A DNA stretch of 32,000 bases from Synechococcus sp. A15-28 (GTDB lineage Bacteria; Cyanobacteriota; Cyanobacteriia; PCC-6307; Cyanobiaceae): positions 840,001 to 872,000 of the forward strand of contig NZ_CP047931.1 in the NCBI RefSeq assembly GCF_014280175.1, written 5' to 3'. Within the stretch, counting starts at the first letter, position 1. Each line of letters starts with the position of its first letter. Shown here piece by piece: positions 28,474 to 32,000 of the stretch. Both the position numbers and the translations under genes were made by a program. Below the pieces are notes generated by a model. That model saw nothing but the letters and a program-made list of their open reading frames with translations. It ran no database searches and was not told the DNA's origin.

Positions 28474-28878
28474 TCATCTCCTGTTGGCGCGAACCCTGGA
28501 CACGTTGCAACTGCTCTTTTCCCCGGATGGCGACGTTCTCTTCACAAAGCCTTTGTTGCACACATACGCCAATGCTTTTCCATTTGCCTTGTAACGAACG
28601 AAGCACTCTCCAAGCGACGTGAAATTAAATTGGTAGTTGTTCCAATTGGTGTTTTTGTTGAGGTAAGTGCGAAATTCTTCGGGGTTGGAAACCGGCAGTG
28701 ACCAAGAAGGGGCTGCACTTAAACAGAGTCCTACGCAGGCAAGCGCTATTCCGGCTTTGTGATGACACTTAAGTTTTCCCGTGGTGAAACAAACTGGTCC
28801 CGGCCTTTTGCGATCGATGAACAGTGGTAGAGGTCGTTTGGTTTGAGAAATTGCTTCTACTTCCGTTTTTTTTAACAT
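28474..28878 (-). CDS. Small putative exported protein (134 aa as drawn)
   Basis: Signal-like KAGIALACVGLCLSAAPSWS followed by LPVSNPEEFRTYLNKNTNWNNYQFNFTSLGECFVRYKANGKALAYVCNKGF; N-terminal 40 residues doubtful. Confidence 0.5.
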   Translation of the reverse strand: MLKKTEVEAISQTKRPLPLFIDRKRPGPVCFTTGKLKCHHKAGIALACVGLCLSAAPSWSLPVSNPEEFRTYLNKNTNWNNYQFNFTSLGECFVRYKANGKALAYVCNKGFVKRTSPSGEKSSCNVSRVRANRR

Positions 28879-28883
28879 GACCT

Positions 28884-30128
28884 ATGGCGCCGGATCCTCT
28901 GGAACGAGCGCAACGCCTTTGGTCGTTCATCGTTGCTAAACAAGGTTCAGGTGTTGTCATTTCCCAGGTGTTCATAGGGGTTGACGTCCAACATTTGGTC
29001 AGGGCAACCAGTCTTGCTCTGGGACTGCTGCTGACAACGCCGGCGGTGGCGGAGTCCCGGCTTGAGCGTCTTCTGCCTCGCCGCACGACCATGGGGGTGT
29101 GGCTGACCAACAGCCCCAGCAAGCTGTACTACGACCGTGCGCGGATCACAGCAGCACTGGAGCAACTGCAGCAGGCCGGGTTCAATCGCGTGGTGCCCAA
29201 CGTATGGAGTCGCGGCACCACGTTTCACCAAAGCCGCTTCGCACCGGTGGAGCCACCGCTCGTCAAGGCAGGTGTGGAGGTGGATCCGATCTGCACGTTG
29301 GCGGAGGAGGGCCGCAAGCGAGGCATCAAGGTGATGCCCTGGTTTGAGTACGGCCTGATGGAACCGGCCGACGCCGCCGTTGTCCGGGAGCACCCCGAGT
29401 GGGTGTTGGCCAAAGCTGATGGTCAGCGCTGGATGGCGATGCATGGGGACCACCGCATGGCCTGGCTCAACCCGGCGCATCCGGAGGTGCGAGAACGGTT
29501 CATTGGCCTGGTCGTGGAGACGTTGAAGCGCTGTCCGATGGATGGTCTGCAGCTGGACGACCACTTCGCCTGGCCGATGCAGTTCGGCTACGACCCCTAC
29601 ACCGTTGAGCTGTACCGGCAGCAGACCGGATCAGCCCCCCCGCGTGACCACACCAACCGGATGTGGATGAGCTGGCGTCGCCGTCAGCTCACGGCGTTGC
29701 TGCGGGACTTGCGGGAACGATTGAAGCAGGAGGATCTTTCCAAAACGATCAGCCTGTCGCCGGGACCGTTTCGGCAGGCCTACAACCTTTGGCTTCAGGA
29801 CTGGGAACTGTGGGCGCTGGGGGAGTTGATCGACGAGTTGGTGGTGCAGAACTACGCCTATTCCGTGAACGGGTTTGCCCGCGATCTCGACCAACCGGCG
29901 TTGCGCAAGGCCCGCGACTGGCGGATCCCAACCCAGATCGGAATCCTGGCGGGGTTCGGACGACGCACCACGTCCATGGGCGATCTGGAGCAAAAGGTTC
30001 GCCTGGCCCGTGAACGCGGTTACGGCGTGATCTTCTTTTACTGGGAGGGCCTCTGGGGTCGGCATGTGCCGGAGACCAACCGCCAGCAACGCTTCGATTC
30101 CTTCCGGTTGCTGGGGCGTGAGGACTGA
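28884..30128 (+). CDS. GHL10 / DUF187-like glycosyl-hydrolase-type family 10 protein
   Basis: TTMGVWLTNSPSKLYYDRARITAALEQLQQAGFNRVVPNVWSRGTTFHQSRFAP, LAEEGRKRGIKVMPWFEYGLM, WLNPAHPEVRERFIGLVVETLKRCPMDGLQLDDHFAWP, YGVIFFYWEGLWG. Start uncertain (a later start giving a signal peptide is plausible). Confidence 0.88.
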   Translation: MAPDPLERAQRLWSFIVAKQGSGVVISQVFIGVDVQHLVRATSLALGLLLTTPAVAESRLERLLPRRTTMGVWLTNSPSKLYYDRARITAALEQLQQAGFNRVVPNVWSRGTTFHQSRFAPVEPPLVKAGVEVDPICTLAEEGRKRGIKVMPWFEYGLMEPADAAVVREHPEWVLAKADGQRWMAMHGDHRMAWLNPAHPEVRERFIGLVVETLKRCPMDGLQLDDHFAWPMQFGYDPYTVELYRQQTGSAPPRDHTNRMWMSWRRRQLTALLRDLRERLKQEDLSKTISLSPGPFRQAYNLWLQDWELWALGELIDELVVQNYAYSVNGFARDLDQPALRKARDWRIPTQIGILAGFGRRTTSMGDLEQKVRLARERGYGVIFFYWEGLWGRHVPETNRQQRFDSFRLLGRED

Positions 30129-30131
30129 GCC

Positions 30132-30365
30132 TTGACGGAGATCGAGCTCAACCGACTGCGCGCCAAGTTGCGGCGCCTGGCCTTCACCGAGGAGGCGATT
30201 GACCGCACCCTGCGGCGATTTCAGAGGGATCTGGAGACCTTTGAATCAGCCAGCCGGATCATCGAGGGCCTTGAGCGTGAGAAACCAGAACAGCAGGTGC
30301 TGCAAGCCCTGGCCTGTGGCCTGATCGCGGCCGTGTTGGGGGGATGGTTCGCCACTGTGAGCTAG
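30132..30365 (+). CDS. Small hypothetical protein with C-terminal hydrophobic segment (77 aa, TTG start)
   Basis: MTEIELNRLRAKLRRLAFTEEAIDRTLRRFQRDLETFESASRIIEGLE...ALACGLIAAVLGGWFATV; 3 nt after the previous stop. Confidence 0.55.
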   Translation: MTEIELNRLRAKLRRLAFTEEAIDRTLRRFQRDLETFESASRIIEGLEREKPEQQVLQALACGLIAAVLGGWFATVS

Positions 30366-30375
30366 CTGATGAGAA

Positions 30376-31152
30376 TCAGGGGCGTTTGAACAGCAACAGC
30401 CCCACACACAGCACGCCAATCAAAGGGCCAGGGGGGAGATCCGCGGCAACCGCGAGCATCATGCCGCCGCCACAGAGCAGCAGGCCTGTTCCCGCAGAGC
30501 GCAGCATCAACCCCCGCAAGCTCAGGCAGCGGTCCACATGCACCAGCACAGGAGCACAGAGCAGGGCGATCACCAGCACGATGCCCACAGCCGTGATGGC
30601 GCTGATCACCACGAGGGCAGTGATCACGATGGCGGTGAAACGAATTCTGGACACCGGGCGTTTGGCCGCGACGGCTCCATCGGGATCGACGCCGAGGAAC
30701 ACCAGATCGCTGTAACACCGGCTCAGAAGCACCAGCAGCGCGACGGTTGCCACGGCGGTGCGAATCAGGTCTGCTTCGTTGGCGGCCAGAAGGTCGCCGA
30801 ACAGCAGGGTTTCCAGATCAACCCGCGCCTGCAGCAAGGGCACCATCAGCACGCCAAGGGCGGTGAATCCGGCCAGAACAGTGTTCATGGCACCTTCTTC
30901 TCGGCCTTTGAAGCGTTGGTTGAGTCGTTCCGCCAACAGCGCCCCGAGCAGTCCGCTGATCAGGCCGCCGATGGTTGGGTCGAGTTCGAAAGCCAGCGCC
31001 AGGATCAGGCCGGGCAAGACCGAATGGGCCATCAGATTGGCCAGCAGGATGCGCCGCTGGGTGATCAGCAGTGAGCCGGTCGCTGGGCAAATCAGCCCGA
31101 TCAGCAGGGCCAGGATCAATGGCGTCAGCCACCAGAGGTCGAGCTCAGCCAC
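30376..31152 (-). CDS. znuB: Metal (probably zinc) ABC transporter permease
   Basis: Multi-TM ABC-3 family: MAHSVLPGLILALAFELDPTIGGLISGLLGALLAERLNQRFKGREEGAMNTVLAGFTALGVLM, FGDLLAANEADLIRTA, ALLCAPVLV. Confidence 0.9.
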   Translation of the reverse strand: MAELDLWWLTPLILALLIGLICPATGSLLITQRRILLANLMAHSVLPGLILALAFELDPTIGGLISGLLGALLAERLNQRFKGREEGAMNTVLAGFTALGVLMVPLLQARVDLETLLFGDLLAANEADLIRTAVATVALLVLLSRCYSDLVFLGVDPDGAVAAKRPVSRIRFTAIVITALVVISAITAVGIVLVIALLCAPVLVHVDRCLSLRGLMLRSAGTGLLLCGGGMMLAVAADLPPGPLIGVLCVGLLLFKRP

Positions 31153-31837
31153 AGCAATAGCTCCCCATCAAGCAGGCCATGTCGTTGAGCTGGTCGCGCA
31201 CCTCAGCGGGGGGTCCCGCGGCAAGCACCCTGCGATCCAGAACGATGACGTGGTCGTAACTGTCGAGGGCACTGCCCCAGTCGTGGCTGCTCACCAGAAG
31301 GGTCTGACCGGAGCTGGCCTGTTGGCGCATCACCCCGAGAAGGTGCTCACGGCTGGGGGGATCGATGGCACTGCAGGGTTCATCAAGCAACAGGACGTCG
31401 CTCTGCTGCATCAAGGCTCGGGCCAGCAGCACCCGTTGCTGTTGGCCACCGGAGAGCTGATTGAGACGCCGCCCCCGCATCTCCCCCATTCCGACCCGCT
31501 CAAGCAGGGTCTCGGCCGTCGTTGTGCCATGGCTTTTGGTTTGTCCAAGCCTGACCATGTCCCTCACGGTGATGGGAAAGGTCCAGTCGATGGCTGCCTT
31601 CTGGGGCATCAGGCCAATGCTGCCGCAGCATTCAAAGGTTCCTCCCGAAGGTTGGAGGCGGCCATGCAACAGATGCAGAAGCGTTGATTTGCCAGCGCCA
31701 TTGGGCCCAACCAGTGCCGTCAGCGTGCCGGGCTGGAGCTCCAGGTCGACACGCTCCAGTGTTGGTTTTGGGCCGTAGCTGTAGCTGAGATTCCTGGCTG
31801 CGAGATGCCCCTTGATGGACGAATGCGGTTCTGTCAC
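31145..31837 (-). CDS. znuC: Metal (probably zinc) ABC transporter ATP-binding protein
   Basis: Walker A LVGPNGAGKST, signature LSGGQQQRVLLARAL, Walker B VLLLDEPCSAIDP, VSSHDWGSALDSYD. Confidence 0.92.
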   Translation of the reverse strand: MTEPHSSIKGHLAARNLSYSYGPKPTLERVDLELQPGTLTALVGPNGAGKSTLLHLLHGRLQPSGGTFECCGSIGLMPQKAAIDWTFPITVRDMVRLGQTKSHGTTTAETLLERVGMGEMRGRRLNQLSGGQQQRVLLARALMQQSDVLLLDEPCSAIDPPSREHLLGVMRQQASSGQTLLVSSHDWGSALDSYDHVIVLDRRVLAAGPPAEVRDQLNDMACLMGSYCCG

Positions 31838-31904
31838 AGCTGCGGTGGGTTCACTTCATCATGCGGTCGCGATTGGGTTGCGCCAACCCGTTGAACTGTA
31901 AAAA

Positions 31905-31919
31905 TGATAATCATTCTCA
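31905..31919. promoter_or_regulatory. Zur/Fur-family operator-like palindrome TGATAATCATTCTCA between divergent znuC and the downstream start
   Basis: Arms TGATAAT / ATTCTCA match as an inverted repeat at 6 of 7 positions; located between znuC (start 31837) and ATG 31930. Confidence 0.7.
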
Positions 31920-31929
31920 TTCGAGTGTC

Positions 31930-32000
31930 ATGGCGCGTCCTGCGCTTTTGGTCAAGGGTCTGGCGGTCGCCCTGGGCGTTGTCTCGGGTTGTTCAGTCGC
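31930..32000 (+). CDS. znuA: Start of a lipoprotein-like gene truncated by the window edge, probably the zinc-binding ABC substrate protein
   Basis: MARPALLVKGLAVALGVVSGCSV: lipobox-like VSGC signal; divergent from znuCB across a Zur-like box. Only 23 codons are visible, so the symbol is positional inference. Confidence 0.5.
   Translation, partial: MARPALLVKGLAVALGVVSGCSV

Noticed and set aside
1-32000. CRISPR arrays, tRNA/rRNA genes, transposases, integrases, toxin-antitoxin or phage-defence genes
   Set aside because: Intergenic spaces were read for repeat-spacer periodicity and tRNA-like GGTTCRA arms, and ORFs for recombinase or nuclease motifs; none seen. tRNAscan-SE, DefenseFinder and Infernal runs would be needed to exclude them formally.

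Overview
The window is a dense, high-GC cyanobacterial chromosome segment. Protein signatures (PhoB/PhoR-like pair, BciA-type 8-vinyl reductase, DUF2993, compact gene order) suggest a marine Synechococcus-like genome. About 30 protein genes are supportable. In order they are: recR, lipA, a hypothetical, a GST-DUF952 fusion, two small ORFs, a minus-strand cluster lysA-cdaA-uppS-bioB-trhO, a rimI-like gene, a clpC / iron-ADH-like / alpha-beta hydrolase / DUF2993 run, cdsA, rlpA-like, a PLP Orn/Lys/Arg decarboxylase-like gene, an ABC1/UbiB kinase, a response regulator and histidine kinase pair, an rRNA pseudouridine synthase, a RodZ-like HTH-TM protein, malQ, bciA, an LCP-family protein, a hypothetical, prs, two small accessory ORFs, a GHL10-like protein, and a znuBC/znuA locus with a Zur/Fur-like box. 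I found no tRNA, rRNA, CRISPR array, transposon or prophage. I do not see convincing evidence for a complete new multi-gene system. The best second-look items are: (1) the GST-DUF952 fusion; (2) an 82-aa ORF with a C-terminal GPKGGRYRITPKGRKVYL motif resembling the PBCV-specific basic adaptor domain, lying in an unusually gene-sparse pocket after prs; (3) a structured recR-lipA spacer with an 18-nt perfect palindrome and a stem that would involve the lipA RBS region; (4) tight linkage of c-di-AMP synthase with cell-wall precursor genes plus bioB and trhO; (5) clpC overlapping the start of an iron-ADH-like dehydrogenase.
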